Positions 1 to 9,704 of a stretch of 56,217 nt of DNA are shown here, piece by piece (position 1 is the stretch's first letter; each line of letters starts with the position of its first letter). The position numbers were made by a program, and so were the translations under genes. Location: positions 40,937 through 97,153 of the forward strand of contig DHPU01000002.1 in the NCBI GenBank assembly GCA_002407935.1. Direction: 5' to 3'. The notes beneath the pieces were generated by a model. It did not search any database, was not told the DNA's origin, and saw only the letters and a list, made by a program, of their open reading frames with translations. Source of the DNA: Peptococcaceae bacterium UBA5356. Lineage in GTDB: Bacteria > Bacillota > Peptococcia > DRI-13 > DTU073.

Positions 1-125
1 AACCAGAACAACAACCAGAACAACCACTACCACAAAATCAAGAAGGCATACCACAACAAGAGGAACTAAAGCAGCAAGGACCTGAACAACCAATAGAAAA
101 CATAATAACAGAAGATGTAATATAG
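1..125 (+). CDS. 3' end of upstream gene (partial), Pro/Gln/Glu-rich tail
   Basis: Frame from nt 3 reads PEQQPEQPLPQNQEGIPQQEELKQQGPEQPIENIITEDVI then TAG at 123-125; product cannot be identified. Confidence 0.6.
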   Translation, partial: PEQQPEQPLPQNQEGIPQQEELKQQGPEQPIENIITEDVI

Positions 126-194
126 GGGCTTTTTTTCTGCGTGGTTTAGTGTATGATATATTATGATAGATAAGGTTTAGACAGGAGGCTATGT

Positions 195-1544
195 ATGTCT
201 CAACATTTCAAGATAATTACACTGGGATGTCCCAAAAATACTGTTGATAGTGAGCAAATACAGGGTTTTTTATGTCAAGCTGGTTTTGTAGTAGTTGAGG
301 ATTTAGCTAAGGCGGAGATAATTATTGTCAATACATGTGGCTTTATTGAAAGCGCCAAGCAGGAATCTATTAACACTGTTATAGAATTAGGAAAATATAA
401 AGAGACTGGGATTTGTAGGTATTTAATTATGGCTGGTTGTCTGGTACAAAAATATGTCACGGAATTAAAGAAAGCTTTACCCGAAGTTGATTTGTTTCTG
501 GGTACTGGAGATTTACCAGAATTACCATACTTGCTTTCAGCCATGGAAACAATCAATACGACTATACAGGTTACTCAGCCCGAAAAATATCTTTACGAGG
601 ACAGTATTAAGAGAGATTTTGGTAATGCCAGGCATTATGCTTATGTAAAAATAGCAGAAGGATGTAATAATTGTTGCACGTATTGTGTTATTCCTCAGTT
701 GAAAGGTTCTTATCGAAGTAGAACAATTTCCGCAATTCTGCAAGAAGTAAATGATCTTGTTCAGAATGGCGTTAAGGAAATAATCCTCATTGCGCAGGAT
801 ACCACTAGTTATGGAATTGATCTGGCAGGAAAAGATCTATTACCCCAATTATTACGCGAGCTTAGCAAAACACCGCATCTTTCTTGGATTCGGCTCCTTT
901 ATTGTTATCCGGATTATTTGACGGAGGAACTCTTACTCACAATTAAAAACGAAGAAAAAATTTGTAATTACCTGGATATACCTTTGCAACATATTGCTGA
1001 TCCTATTTTAGAGGCGATGGGGCGCTCCATGAATAAAGTTAAGATCATCAAGCTACTAGAAAAGGTTAGAGAGATAATACCGGAGATAACTTTACGTTCA
1101 ACATTTATTGTGGGGTTCCCAGGAGAGACCAAGGAATGTTATAATGAATTGCTGGTTTTTTTACAAGAAATGAAATTTGATAGAGTGGGATTTTTTGCTT
1201 ATTCTCGGGAACCTGATACGGTAGCAGCTTTATTGCCCGGACAAATAAGTGAGAGAAAAAAAAGGGAGCGAGTGGAAAAGGCTACATTTTTACAGAAAAA
1301 GATCCTAAGCGAAAAACAAGCTCAGTTAGTTAATCAAAAACTTGAAATTATTGTTGATGGAAAAAGTCTGGATTATGAAGGCCTTTGGGAAGGAAGGACA
1401 AGAGGAGATGCCCCGGAAATTGACGGGATAGTTTATTTTAAAGCTAATCCTCAGATCCATCCTGGCGAGATAATCAATATCCAAATAACTCATAGCCAGA
1501 AATATGCTTTAATAGGAGAGATTTGTGATGAATCTGGCGAATAA
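195..1544 (+). CDS. rimO: Ribosomal protein S12 methylthiotransferase RimO
   Basis: TLGCPKN, NTCGFIE, radical SAM CxxxCxxC (GCNNCCTYC), C-terminal APEIDG/TRAM; upstream of pgsA. Confidence 0.93.
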   Translation: MSQHFKIITLGCPKNTVDSEQIQGFLCQAGFVVVEDLAKAEIIIVNTCGFIESAKQESINTVIELGKYKETGICRYLIMAGCLVQKYVTELKKALPEVDLFLGTGDLPELPYLLSAMETINTTIQVTQPEKYLYEDSIKRDFGNARHYAYVKIAEGCNNCCTYCVIPQLKGSYRSRTISAILQEVNDLVQNGVKEIILIAQDTTSYGIDLAGKDLLPQLLRELSKTPHLSWIRLLYCYPDYLTEELLLTIKNEEKICNYLDIPLQHIADPILEAMGRSMNKVKIIKLLEKVREIIPEITLRSTFIVGFPGETKECYNELLVFLQEMKFDRVGFFAYSREPDTVAALLPGQISERKKRERVEKATFLQKKILSEKQAQLVNQKLEIIVDGKSLDYEGLWEGRTRGDAPEIDGIVYFKANPQIHPGEIINIQITHSQKYALIGEICDESGE

Positions 1545-2073
1545 ACTTACTTTATCAAGAATATTCCTGGTTCCTATTTTTATGTTTGTTCTTTTAATAC
1601 GGATACCTTATGGAGAGTACATTGCTGCAGCGATCTTTATTATTGCCGCTAGTACTGATGGTTTGGATGGTTATATAGCTCGTAAAAGGAAGCAAGTAAC
1701 TAATCTTGGTAAACTCCTGGATCCGTTAGCTGACAAACTGCTGATTACTGCTGCCCTTATTTCTTTGGTAGAATTAAGGATAATTGCAGGCTGGATTGCC
1801 TTTGTAATTATTGGCAGGGAGTTTTTTGTCACAGGGTTAAGAACTATTGCTGCAGCCGAAGGAGTAATTATTGCCGCTAGTAAATTGGGGAAAATCAAGA
1901 CAATTACGCAGATCGTCGCTATTGCGGCCTTGTTACTCAATGATTTTCCTTTGAGCCTTTTGCATATTACCTTTGGTAAATATGCAATTTATGTTGCCGT
2001 GTTTTTTACTCTTTGGTCAGGAGTAGATTATTACGTGAAAGCTAGAAAAAGCGCTAGGTTTAAATTAGAATGA
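1528..2073 (+). CDS. pgsA: CDP-diacylglycerol--glycerol-3-phosphate 3-phosphatidyltransferase
   Basis: MNLANKLTLSR; DGxxAR...GxxLDPLADK CDP-alcohol phosphotransferase motif. Confidence 0.95.
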   Translation: MNLANKLTLSRIFLVPIFMFVLLIRIPYGEYIAAAIFIIAASTDGLDGYIARKRKQVTNLGKLLDPLADKLLITAALISLVELRIIAGWIAFVIIGREFFVTGLRTIAAAEGVIIAASKLGKIKTITQIVAIAALLLNDFPLSLLHITFGKYAIYVAVFFTLWSGVDYYVKARKSARFKLE

Positions 2074-2504
2074 AGATTTTGCTCAAATTTTTGGCTACCG
2101 GTTTTTATTCCGGGTTTTTTCCTTATTTTCCGGGAACTGTTGGTAGTTTTCTGGCCTTAATTTTAAGCTGGTTTCTTAAACTAAATCTTTGGCAAATTCT
2201 TTTGTTCATAATTATCGGTGTATATATCTGTACGCAAGGTGAACTGCTTTTTGCTCAACATGATTGTGCCAAGATTGTCTATGATGAATTTTGTGGGATG
2301 TTTCTTGCTAGCTGGCAATTGAGTTCTATCCCTCAGTTTTTGGTTGCGTTTCTTTTATTTCGGATGTTAGATATTTTTAAGCCTTTTCCTATTAATAAAC
2401 TACAATTACTTCCCGGCGGTTGGGGAGTAATGGCTGATGATTTGTTGGCCGGTGCAGTGGCACGCATAATTTTAGCGTTACTTATCTATTTAGGTATAGT
2501 GTAA
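2070..2504 (+). CDS. pgpA: Phosphatidylglycerophosphatase A
   Basis: PGTVGS, IVYDE, FRMLDIFKPFPI, GVMADDLLAG motifs; overlaps pgsA stop. Confidence 0.9.
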   Translation: MKILLKFLATGFYSGFFPYFPGTVGSFLALILSWFLKLNLWQILLFIIIGVYICTQGELLFAQHDCAKIVYDEFCGMFLASWQLSSIPQFLVAFLLFRMLDIFKPFPINKLQLLPGGWGVMADDLLAGAVARIILALLIYLGIV

Positions 2505-2668
2505 ATGAAAAAGATGTGGTGACTGAGTCATTTTTTGGGAATACCGCAACTCTTAAAATTCGAGGCTTGAGATTCGAGCTTCGAATTTCTGTTCTTTTCC
2601 AGCCTTTCTCTAAAGAAAAGGCCTGTTTGCTATGTTATAATGGTAAAGGAAAGGGGAGGAGGTAGGTC

Positions 2669-3232
2669 GTGTTGTTGCAGAAAATATTTCGTATTTTCAC
2701 AATAATTGTTATTAGTATTACCACATTATGTTTATTATTAGGCGGGACTTACTTCTATCAGAAATTTATTTATACTGACCCATTAGAAAAAACAGTTCAG
2801 GAAATGAAAGAAGTAGAAGTATTTCAGGTTGAACAAAGGAAGGATCGCCTGTTGATTGACGTCCAGTTTAGTGGGCGGGAAAAGCTGCAGTCAAGTTTTT
2901 ATCTTTTGTTAGATCAACTAGAAAGGCAAAAGAAATTTGAGAAAAACAAGTTAGTAATTAAAATTAATAATGCTGCTGATGAAGAAACGGTTGAATTTTT
3001 AAAGCTGGTTAAGTTGCCTGTTTATGAAGCGATTAGTACGGGACACTTTACCGATTTACCAAACCAGCTTATGGCTTTAGCTGAAAAAACCGGAATTACG
3101 TATGATTTAGAAATAGATAATCAATTTATTTTTGTTACCGCTCATAAAAAGGGTGTTTCTGCTCATTTGGTTATCAGTCGAGGGGAATTACCCTTTAAAG
3201 TTATTACTACAATGGGAGAGGAGTATTTATAA
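2669..3232 (+). CDS. Hypothetical protein with N-terminal membrane anchor
   Basis: GTG after strong SD (GGAGGAGGT); hydrophobic N-terminus; stop abuts next ATG (TAAATG). Confidence 0.8.
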   Translation: MLLQKIFRIFTIIVISITTLCLLLGGTYFYQKFIYTDPLEKTVQEMKEVEVFQVEQRKDRLLIDVQFSGREKLQSSFYLLLDQLERQKKFEKNKLVIKINNAADEETVEFLKLVKLPVYEAISTGHFTDLPNQLMALAEKTGITYDLEIDNQFIFVTAHKKGVSAHLVISRGELPFKVITTMGEEYL

Positions 3233-4717
3233 ATGAAAAAAGAAATAATCATCGGCATATTTTTAGGCTTTCTCTCCTTTCTGGTTTATCGTGGTTATGA
3301 CATTACCCCATTGCTCATTTTAGGATTACTGGTTTTCTCCCTTTATTTTATTTCTAGGAGAAAGGGTCTGCTGAATCTGGAAACACATCAAAAAGTTATG
3401 GAAAACATTAAATTCTGTTTTGAGGATATTGGCGGGCTCGAGACACCTAAACAAGAACTAAAAGAAGCCCTGGAATTTTTAATTAAATCAAAGGCAATTC
3501 ACAAAATGGGGATAAGACCTATTAAAGGGATTTTATTAACCGGTCCTCCTGGCACGGGTAAAACACTTCTAGCTAAGGCTGCAGCAGGATATTCCGATGC
3601 AGTTTATATTGCCACGTCTGGCAGCGAATTTATTGAAATGTATGCAGGGGTTGGAGCACAAAGGGTAAGAAACCTTTTTAAGCAAGCACGAGAGATGGCC
3701 AGAAAACAGAAGAAACATCGGGCGATAATTTTTATTGATGAAATAGAAGTATTAGGAGGAAAAAGGGGAAGTAATACCAGCCATCTAGAATATGATCAGA
3801 CTTTAAATCAACTTCTGGTAGAGATGGATGGACTGAATGCGCAAATAGATGTGCAACTATTATTGGTTGCTGCTACCAATAGACCAGATTTATTGGACAG
3901 CGCTATTTTACGACCTGGTCGTTTTGATCGTCAGGTAAAAGTTGATCTTCCTGATAAGGAAGGGCGTCAAGCTATTTTACAGATTCATTGCCTGAATAAG
4001 CCACTTGAGCCGGAAGTTGATCTTGCCGAGATTGCCGCCAGTACTTACGGCTTTTCCGGGGCTCATTTGGAAAATGTAGCTAATGAGGCAGCAATTTTAG
4101 CTTTACGGGAAGCTAGCCCTGTAATTAAACAGGCCCATTTGAGAGAAGCAGTGGATAAGGTTATCTTAGGGGAAAAATTATCTAATCGATCTAAAAGTAC
4201 CGAAGTGTTATATCGGGTTTCCGTTCATGAAGCGGGTCATGCCATTATGAGTGAAATATTAAATCCTGGTTCAGTTGATCAGATTACGGTAACTTCACGA
4301 GGCAATGCCCTTGGTTATGTAAGACATACGCAAAAAGAAGAACAGATACTTTATACAAGATCAGCTTTAGATAAGGAAATAATGATTCTTTTAGCTGGTG
4401 CGGTCAGTGAAGAAATGTTTTTGGCTGAAAGAAGTACGGGGGCAGCTAATGATTTTCAAAAAGCCATGGAGTTAACGCAAAAGATTGTTTCCACAGGTTT
4501 ATCTAAACTTGGTGTGGTTTCCACAGAACTTCTTCCGGAAAAGGAGTTTTATCAAGCTTGCCAGGAAATAATTACAAAACTGGAAAAAGAGACAAAAGAG
4601 ATTCTGGAAGAGAAAAAACCGCTTTTTCATCAGATCGTAAAAACACTCAAAATAAAGGAAAAAATTAGTGGAGCCGAGGTTAGAAAGATCTTAGATAAAG
4701 AGCTTTCAATTGATTGA
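3233..4717 (+). CDS. FtsH-like AAA+ zinc metalloprotease (short paralogue)
   Basis: Two close N-terminal TM segments, GPPGTGKT, IIFIDE, TNRPDLLD..RPGRFDR, HEAGH, STGAANDF. Confidence 0.9.
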   Translation: MKKEIIIGIFLGFLSFLVYRGYDITPLLILGLLVFSLYFISRRKGLLNLETHQKVMENIKFCFEDIGGLETPKQELKEALEFLIKSKAIHKMGIRPIKGILLTGPPGTGKTLLAKAAAGYSDAVYIATSGSEFIEMYAGVGAQRVRNLFKQAREMARKQKKHRAIIFIDEIEVLGGKRGSNTSHLEYDQTLNQLLVEMDGLNAQIDVQLLLVAATNRPDLLDSAILRPGRFDRQVKVDLPDKEGRQAILQIHCLNKPLEPEVDLAEIAASTYGFSGAHLENVANEAAILALREASPVIKQAHLREAVDKVILGEKLSNRSKSTEVLYRVSVHEAGHAIMSEILNPGSVDQITVTSRGNALGYVRHTQKEEQILYTRSALDKEIMILLAGAVSEEMFLAERSTGAANDFQKAMELTQKIVSTGLSKLGVVSTELLPEKEFYQACQEIITKLEKETKEILEEKKPLFHQIVKTLKIKEKISGAEVRKILDKELSID

Positions 4718-4773
4718 TTTATCCTTTGTTTTTCTGTACAATAAGGCAGATGGGAAAGAGAGGGGTCTTTATT

Positions 4774-6030
4774 TTGCGAGCGGAGTTAATATCTGTAGGA
4801 ACAGAACTTTTATTAGGCCAAATTTTAAATACAAACACGAAATTTTTGGCGGAAGAGTTGGCGGCGCTAGGAATAAACATCTATTTTCAGACTACGGTGG
4901 GAGACAATAAGAATAGGCTCTTACAAACTTTAAGGATAGCTGCAGCAAGAGCGGATTTAATAATTTTCACAGGGGGGCTAGGACCAACAGAGGATGATCT
5001 AACGAAAGAAATAGTTGCGGAATTTTTACAGCTCCCTCTAGAAATTGTTCCCGCTGAATTGGAAAAGGTTAAAAAACTATTTAAAAAGTCGCATTTAATT
5101 TGGACGGATAATAATGCGAAACAAGCAGCTTTCATTCCCGGTTCTACCATCTTAAAAAACGAAAGAGGGACTGCCCCTGGAATGGCTATCCAAAAGGGAA
5201 AAAAGAGTTATATCATGCTTCCTGGGCCACCCCGCGAAATGATGCGGATGTATCATGGGTATGTATTACCTTGGATTAAAGAAAATTATCCGCACGAATT
5301 GCAAGAAGGTTTATATTCGCTAGTCTTAAAATTTATGGGGATAACAGAATCGGGTTTGGAAATATTATTGGAGGATCTTTTTCATTCCCAAAAAGAAATA
5401 ACGCTAGCTCTTTATGCTAAACTTGGCGAAATTCACTTACGCATTACGATGAGGGCAAGCGACAAAGAAGAATTCAAGAAAAAAACCGCCCCTGTTTTAT
5501 CTGAAATTAAACAGCGCACTACCCGCTACCTGTTTGCCCAGGATGAGGAGACTATTACTGAAGCTGTGGCACAATTAATGTTAAAAAAGAAACTTACGAT
5601 AAGTACGGCAGAATCATGTACGGGTGGAATGCTGGCAGGGCAATTCACCTCATTTCCCGGGTCTTCAGAATTATATCTTGGTTCAATAGTTGCCTATGAC
5701 AATAGCGTTAAGGAAAAGCTGTTGGGGATTCCGCTTGATCTTTTAGAAAAACACGGTGCTGTTAGTAGAGAGGTAGGATTAGCCATGGCGGAAAGAAGTA
5801 GAGTTCTTACCGGCAGTGATTTGGGGATAGGCATAACAGGTATAGCCGGTCCCGGAGGAGGTACTGCGGAAAAGCCTGTAGGACTTGTTTATGTTGCTTT
5901 GGCTGCAAAGGATATTAGTAACTGTGTTGAGTATCATTTTACGGGAGATAGGGAAACAAATCGCCAAAGAATTGTCCGTAGTGCACAATATTTAATTTGG
6001 AAGTATCTGCAAAACTATTGGCCTGAATGA
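4774..6030 (+). CDS. cinA: Competence/damage-inducible protein CinA
   Basis: Start reassigned to TTG 4774 (MRAELISVGTELLLG); GGLGPTEDDLT; TAESCTGG; GITGIAGPGG. Confidence 0.93.
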   Translation: MRAELISVGTELLLGQILNTNTKFLAEELAALGINIYFQTTVGDNKNRLLQTLRIAAARADLIIFTGGLGPTEDDLTKEIVAEFLQLPLEIVPAELEKVKKLFKKSHLIWTDNNAKQAAFIPGSTILKNERGTAPGMAIQKGKKSYIMLPGPPREMMRMYHGYVLPWIKENYPHELQEGLYSLVLKFMGITESGLEILLEDLFHSQKEITLALYAKLGEIHLRITMRASDKEEFKKKTAPVLSEIKQRTTRYLFAQDEETITEAVAQLMLKKKLTISTAESCTGGMLAGQFTSFPGSSELYLGSIVAYDNSVKEKLLGIPLDLLEKHGAVSREVGLAMAERSRVLTGSDLGIGITGIAGPGGGTAEKPVGLVYVALAAKDISNCVEYHFTGDRETNRQRIVRSAQYLIWKYLQNYWPE

Positions 6031-6254
6031 ATAAGATGCGGTTATTAGAACGCTCCTGTTCATTAATTGTGTCCCTTTTGTTGATGCTTTTCTTTGGCAA
6101 AAAGAGTAGCGAAATAAATCTTTCTACTCCGGGAATTATGCAGGATTTTCAGGAGAAAATAATGAAGATATGGAAAAGGGAACAATTAAACCCAAATCAA
6201 ATTTTTGTTTAATTATTTTATCAAATTTTGTAGTTGAATAATGGAAGGAGTCAA

Positions 6255-7841
6255 ATGATGAAAGAGGTTTTTTTTGGTGAACTTGCAGTAAGTAAAGAAA
6301 TTGCGAAAGCTTTATCCGATATGGGGTTTGAAGAACCAACCCCTATTCAGGCACAGGCAATTCCTTTAATCATGGAAAACAAGGATATGATTGGTCAAGC
6401 TCAAACGGGGACAGGGAAAACGGCTGCTTTTGGAATACCCATAATCGAGAAAATTAATACTAAAACCCCTAAAGTACAAGGGATAATTTTAACTCCCACT
6501 CGAGAATTGGCAATTCAGGTGGCAGGAGAGATCAGCAAAATTGGGCGTTATAAAAAGATTAAGGTTCTTCCTATTTATGGAGGACAGCCGATTGATCGGC
6601 AGATTCGTTCCTTGCATATGGGGGTACATGTGGTTATAGGTACACCAGGTCGGACATTAGACCATTTAAAAAGGAAGACATTAAACCTTAGTCAGGTGAA
6701 AATGGTTGTTTTAGATGAAGCAGATGAAATGCTGGACATGGGTTTTATAGAGGATATTGAAGCCATTCTGGATAAAGTACCGGAAGAAAGACAAACAATG
6801 CTTTTTTCTGCGACGATGCCTGCACCGATTCAAAAATTAACACAAAAATATTTAAAGCAGCCTCAGTTTGTAGGTATTAGTAAAGAAACCTTAACAGTAC
6901 CGCTTATTCAGCAATTTTATTATGAAATAGCACAGGGTTCTAAAGTAGAAGCTCTTTGCAGAATTTTAGACTATGAAAATTATGAGTCTGTGATTATTTT
7001 TTGTCGTACGAAGCGTGGAGTAGACGAGTTGGTTGCTAATCTTCAAACGAGGGGTTATTTTGCGGAAGCACTACATGGTGACTTGACACAAGCTCAAAGA
7101 GATAAAACGATGAAGTCTTTTCGTCAGGGAGATATAGAGCTTCTTGTTGCTACTGATGTAGCGGCTAGAGGACTTGATATTGAGCGGGTTAGTCATGTAA
7201 TCAATTATGATATTCCTCAGGATCCGGAAGCTTATGTACATAGAATTGGTAGAACGGGAAGAGCAGGGAAAGAAGGCAAGGCTCTTAATTTAATTAATCC
7301 TAAGGAATATCGCCATTTAAGGATGATTGAGAAACTAATAAAAACTAAAATTACGAAGATTTCCGTACCGACCTTTCAAGAGGTAGTAGCACAACAAAAA
7401 GATGTAATTTATAAAACGGTGGAAGATATTTTGCAGGAGGGAGATTTGCAAACATATAAGTCTATCGCCGAAGATTTAATGAACTATTTTACGCCTGTGG
7501 ATATTGCTGCAGCTGCGTTAAAACATGCTTTTACTCAACGTGGAGCTGAGCTTTCAGAAATTGATTTTATGGGTGACTTTGGGAATACGGGAGCCCGCAA
7601 GGGAATGGTGAGGTTGTTTATTACCATTGGACGGCAACAAAATATTACTCCGCGTGATCTAGTAAAAATTATTTCTGACGAAACGGGCATACCTGCAAAA
7701 GCAGTAGGTGATCTTAGTATTTTTGATAAATTTACTTTTGTGGAAATTCCTGAAGATATGGCTTACAGGGTCATCTATAGCATGGATCGTCTTACGATCA
7801 AGGGACGAAGAATTTCTGTTCAACTAGCTAGGGCGAAATAG
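6255..7841 (+). CDS. DEAD-box RNA helicase with C-terminal DbpA-type RNA-binding domain
   Basis: AQTGTGKT, PTRELA, DEAD, SAT, ARGLD, HRIGRTGR; ATG 6255 follows SD GAAGGAG. Confidence 0.93.
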   Translation: MMKEVFFGELAVSKEIAKALSDMGFEEPTPIQAQAIPLIMENKDMIGQAQTGTGKTAAFGIPIIEKINTKTPKVQGIILTPTRELAIQVAGEISKIGRYKKIKVLPIYGGQPIDRQIRSLHMGVHVVIGTPGRTLDHLKRKTLNLSQVKMVVLDEADEMLDMGFIEDIEAILDKVPEERQTMLFSATMPAPIQKLTQKYLKQPQFVGISKETLTVPLIQQFYYEIAQGSKVEALCRILDYENYESVIIFCRTKRGVDELVANLQTRGYFAEALHGDLTQAQRDKTMKSFRQGDIELLVATDVAARGLDIERVSHVINYDIPQDPEAYVHRIGRTGRAGKEGKALNLINPKEYRHLRMIEKLIKTKITKISVPTFQEVVAQQKDVIYKTVEDILQEGDLQTYKSIAEDLMNYFTPVDIAAAALKHAFTQRGAELSEIDFMGDFGNTGARKGMVRLFITIGRQQNITPRDLVKIISDETGIPAKAVGDLSIFDKFTFVEIPEDMAYRVIYSMDRLTIKGRRISVQLARAK

Positions 7842-7843
7842 TG

Positions 7844-7872
7844 TTGACAAACCATACCAATTTATTTATAAT
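7844..7872 (+). promoter_or_regulatory. SigA promoter of recA
   Basis: TTGACA (7844-7849), 17 nt, TATAAT (7867-7872): perfect consensus. Confidence 0.9.
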
Positions 7873-7880
7873 AGACATAT

Positions 7881-7894
7881 CGAACAAATGTTTC
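7881..7894 (+). promoter_or_regulatory. LexA (SOS) box upstream of recA
   Basis: CGAACAAATGTTTC resembles Firmicute CGAAC-N4-GTTCG, just downstream of the -10. Confidence 0.85.
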
Positions 7895-7926
7895 GTGTAA
7901 AATCGTTTAGGTAGAGGAGGATTTTC

Positions 7927-8949
7927 ATGTCAGATAAAAAGAAAGCGCTGGAAATGGCTCTTTCCTCAATTGAAAAACAATTTGGGAAAGGTTCCATCAT
8001 GCGGCTTGGAGAAGCTTCCATCAAGTTAGCTGTTGAAATAATTCCAACTGGTATTTTAACGCTAGATGTGGCCTTAGGTGTAGGTGGTGTTCCACGGGGT
8101 AGGGTGATAGAAATATATGGCCCAGAATCTTCTGGGAAAACAACTGTCGCGCTTCATATTATTGCTGAGGCACAAAAAGCTGGAGGTGTAGCTGCTTTTA
8201 TTGATGCTGAACATGCTCTTGACCCACTTTATGCCGGAAGATTAGGTGTGGACATTGATAATTTGCTTATTTCTCAGCCTGATACGGGAGAACAAGCTTT
8301 GGAAATCGCCGAGGCTTTGGTAAGAAGTGGAGCTGTTGATGTTGTTGTAATTGATTCGGTGGCTGCCCTGGTGCCTCGAGCAGAGATCGAGGGGGAAATG
8401 GGTGATTCTCACGTGGGTCTTCAAGCTCGTCTTATGTCTCAAGCTTTGCGTAAGCTTACGGGAGCCATAAGTAAGTCACATACAACCGCGATATTTATTA
8501 ATCAAATTAGGGAAAAGGTTGGAATTATGTTTGGTAATCCTGAAATAACTCCCGGAGGCAGAGCGCTTAAATTTTATGCTTCTGTGCGGATGGAAGTGAG
8601 AAAAATAGAAACATTAAAACAGGGGACGGAGATGGTCGGTAATCGCACTAGAGTTAAGGTAGTAAAAAATAAAATTGCTCCGCCTTTTAAACAAGCTGAG
8701 TTTGATATTATGTATGGAGAAGGAGTTTCTCGTGAGGGTAGTATTATTGATCTTGCTGTAGATTTAGATGTTATAGAAAAAAGTGGTACTTGGTATTCTT
8801 ATAAGGAGCTTCGTTTAGGACAAGGCAGAGAGAATGCCAGACAATATCTTAAAGAACATGCCGAGCTTACCAAAGAAATTGAAACAAAAGTACGGGAGAT
8901 TTTTGCTCCACAGGCACAGAATAATTCCTCAACAGATGATGCTAATTGA
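7927..8949 (+). CDS. recA: Recombinase RecA
   Basis: [38 protein letters not shown]. Confidence 0.99.
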   Translation: MSDKKKALEMALSSIEKQFGKGSIMRLGEASIKLAVEIIPTGILTLDVALGVGGVPRGRVIEIYGPESSGKTTVALHIIAEAQKAGGVAAFIDAEHALDPLYAGRLGVDIDNLLISQPDTGEQALEIAEALVRSGAVDVVVIDSVAALVPRAEIEGEMGDSHVGLQARLMSQALRKLTGAISKSHTTAIFINQIREKVGIMFGNPEITPGGRALKFYASVRMEVRKIETLKQGTEMVGNRTRVKVVKNKIAPPFKQAEFDIMYGEGVSREGSIIDLAVDLDVIEKSGTWYSYKELRLGQGRENARQYLKEHAELTKEIETKVREIFAPQAQNNSSTDDAN

Positions 8950-8955
8950 TGAAAA

Positions 8956-9414
8956 ATGAAAAAAGATGCACTTGTTTTAGCTTTGAAAAAATTATCTTAT
9001 CGTGCCTATAGTGAAAAAGAATTAGATGATTATTTAGCTAATGCCGGTTTTAATCAGGAACAAAGAGAAGAAGTGTTACATAAATTATTGTCTTGGGGAT
9101 ACCTTGATGATCAGAAATTAGCTGTTTATTGGTTTGAGTATTATACAAATCATAAACCGCTTGGTTATGTTTGTTTATACAAAAAGCTTCAGGAAAAAGG
9201 AATTCCACAGGATCTTATTCTTGCTGTTTTAGAAAAATATGATGAAAAAAAAGAACTTGAACTAGGGCGTAGTTTGGCAGAAAAGTTTATCTCTAAAAAA
9301 ACAAATAGAGAATCGGCAATTCAAATGAAAAATTCGTTGGCTCGCCACTTACAGAGGAAGGGTTTCTCCAGGACAAATATTATGAAAATTTTAAGTGACA
9401 ACTTCTCTGGATAA
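8956..9414 (+). CDS. recX: Regulatory protein RecX
   Basis: Follows recA; LSYRAYSEKEL, YLDD, LQEKGI, LQRKGF repeats. Confidence 0.88.
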   Translation: MKKDALVLALKKLSYRAYSEKELDDYLANAGFNQEQREEVLHKLLSWGYLDDQKLAVYWFEYYTNHKPLGYVCLYKKLQEKGIPQDLILAVLEKYDEKKELELGRSLAEKFISKKTNRESAIQMKNSLARHLQRKGFSRTNIMKILSDNFSG

Positions 9415-9432
9415 TTAGATGTGGTTTATTGC

Positions 9433-9461
9433 TTGACAGCTATTCTATAAACAATTAAAAT
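9433..9461 (+). promoter_or_regulatory. SigA promoter upstream of rny leader
   Basis: TTGACA, 17 nt, TAAAAT. Confidence 0.75.
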
Positions 9462-9469
9462 AAGTATGG

Positions 9470-9675
9470 AGAATTACGGTTAGACTTTTTCTGCCAATTG
9501 GATTTAGCATATATATATGTGTTATTTTGATGTGTATATAACTCTAAATCTCGTATCGGGTTTATAATATGATAAATAAAGAGCAATCTAAATAATTAGA
9601 AGCATATTGTAATTACCCGTGTAAAATTTTATTGGCAGATAATATGATAACCGAGTTTTCTTCGGTTATTTTTTT
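9470..9675 (+). ncRNA. Candidate structured leader RNA/attenuator upstream of rny
   Basis: Nested helices 9490-98/9631-39, 9501-20/9530-50, 9557-71/9603-19, then terminator 9647-9675; family not recognised. Confidence 0.55.
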
Positions 9676-9704
9676 ACTTATTAATTTTGATATAGGAGGT
9701 GAAA

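Noticed and set aside
6027-6212. 61-aa ORF overlapping the cinA stop
   Set aside because: No SD or motif; more likely the helicase promoter/leader, though coupling at ATGA cannot be excluded
9470-9675. 6S RNA, T-box or known riboswitch identity for the rny leader
   Set aside because: Branched rather than rod-shaped and no T-box or aptamer consensus recognised; needs an Rfam scan
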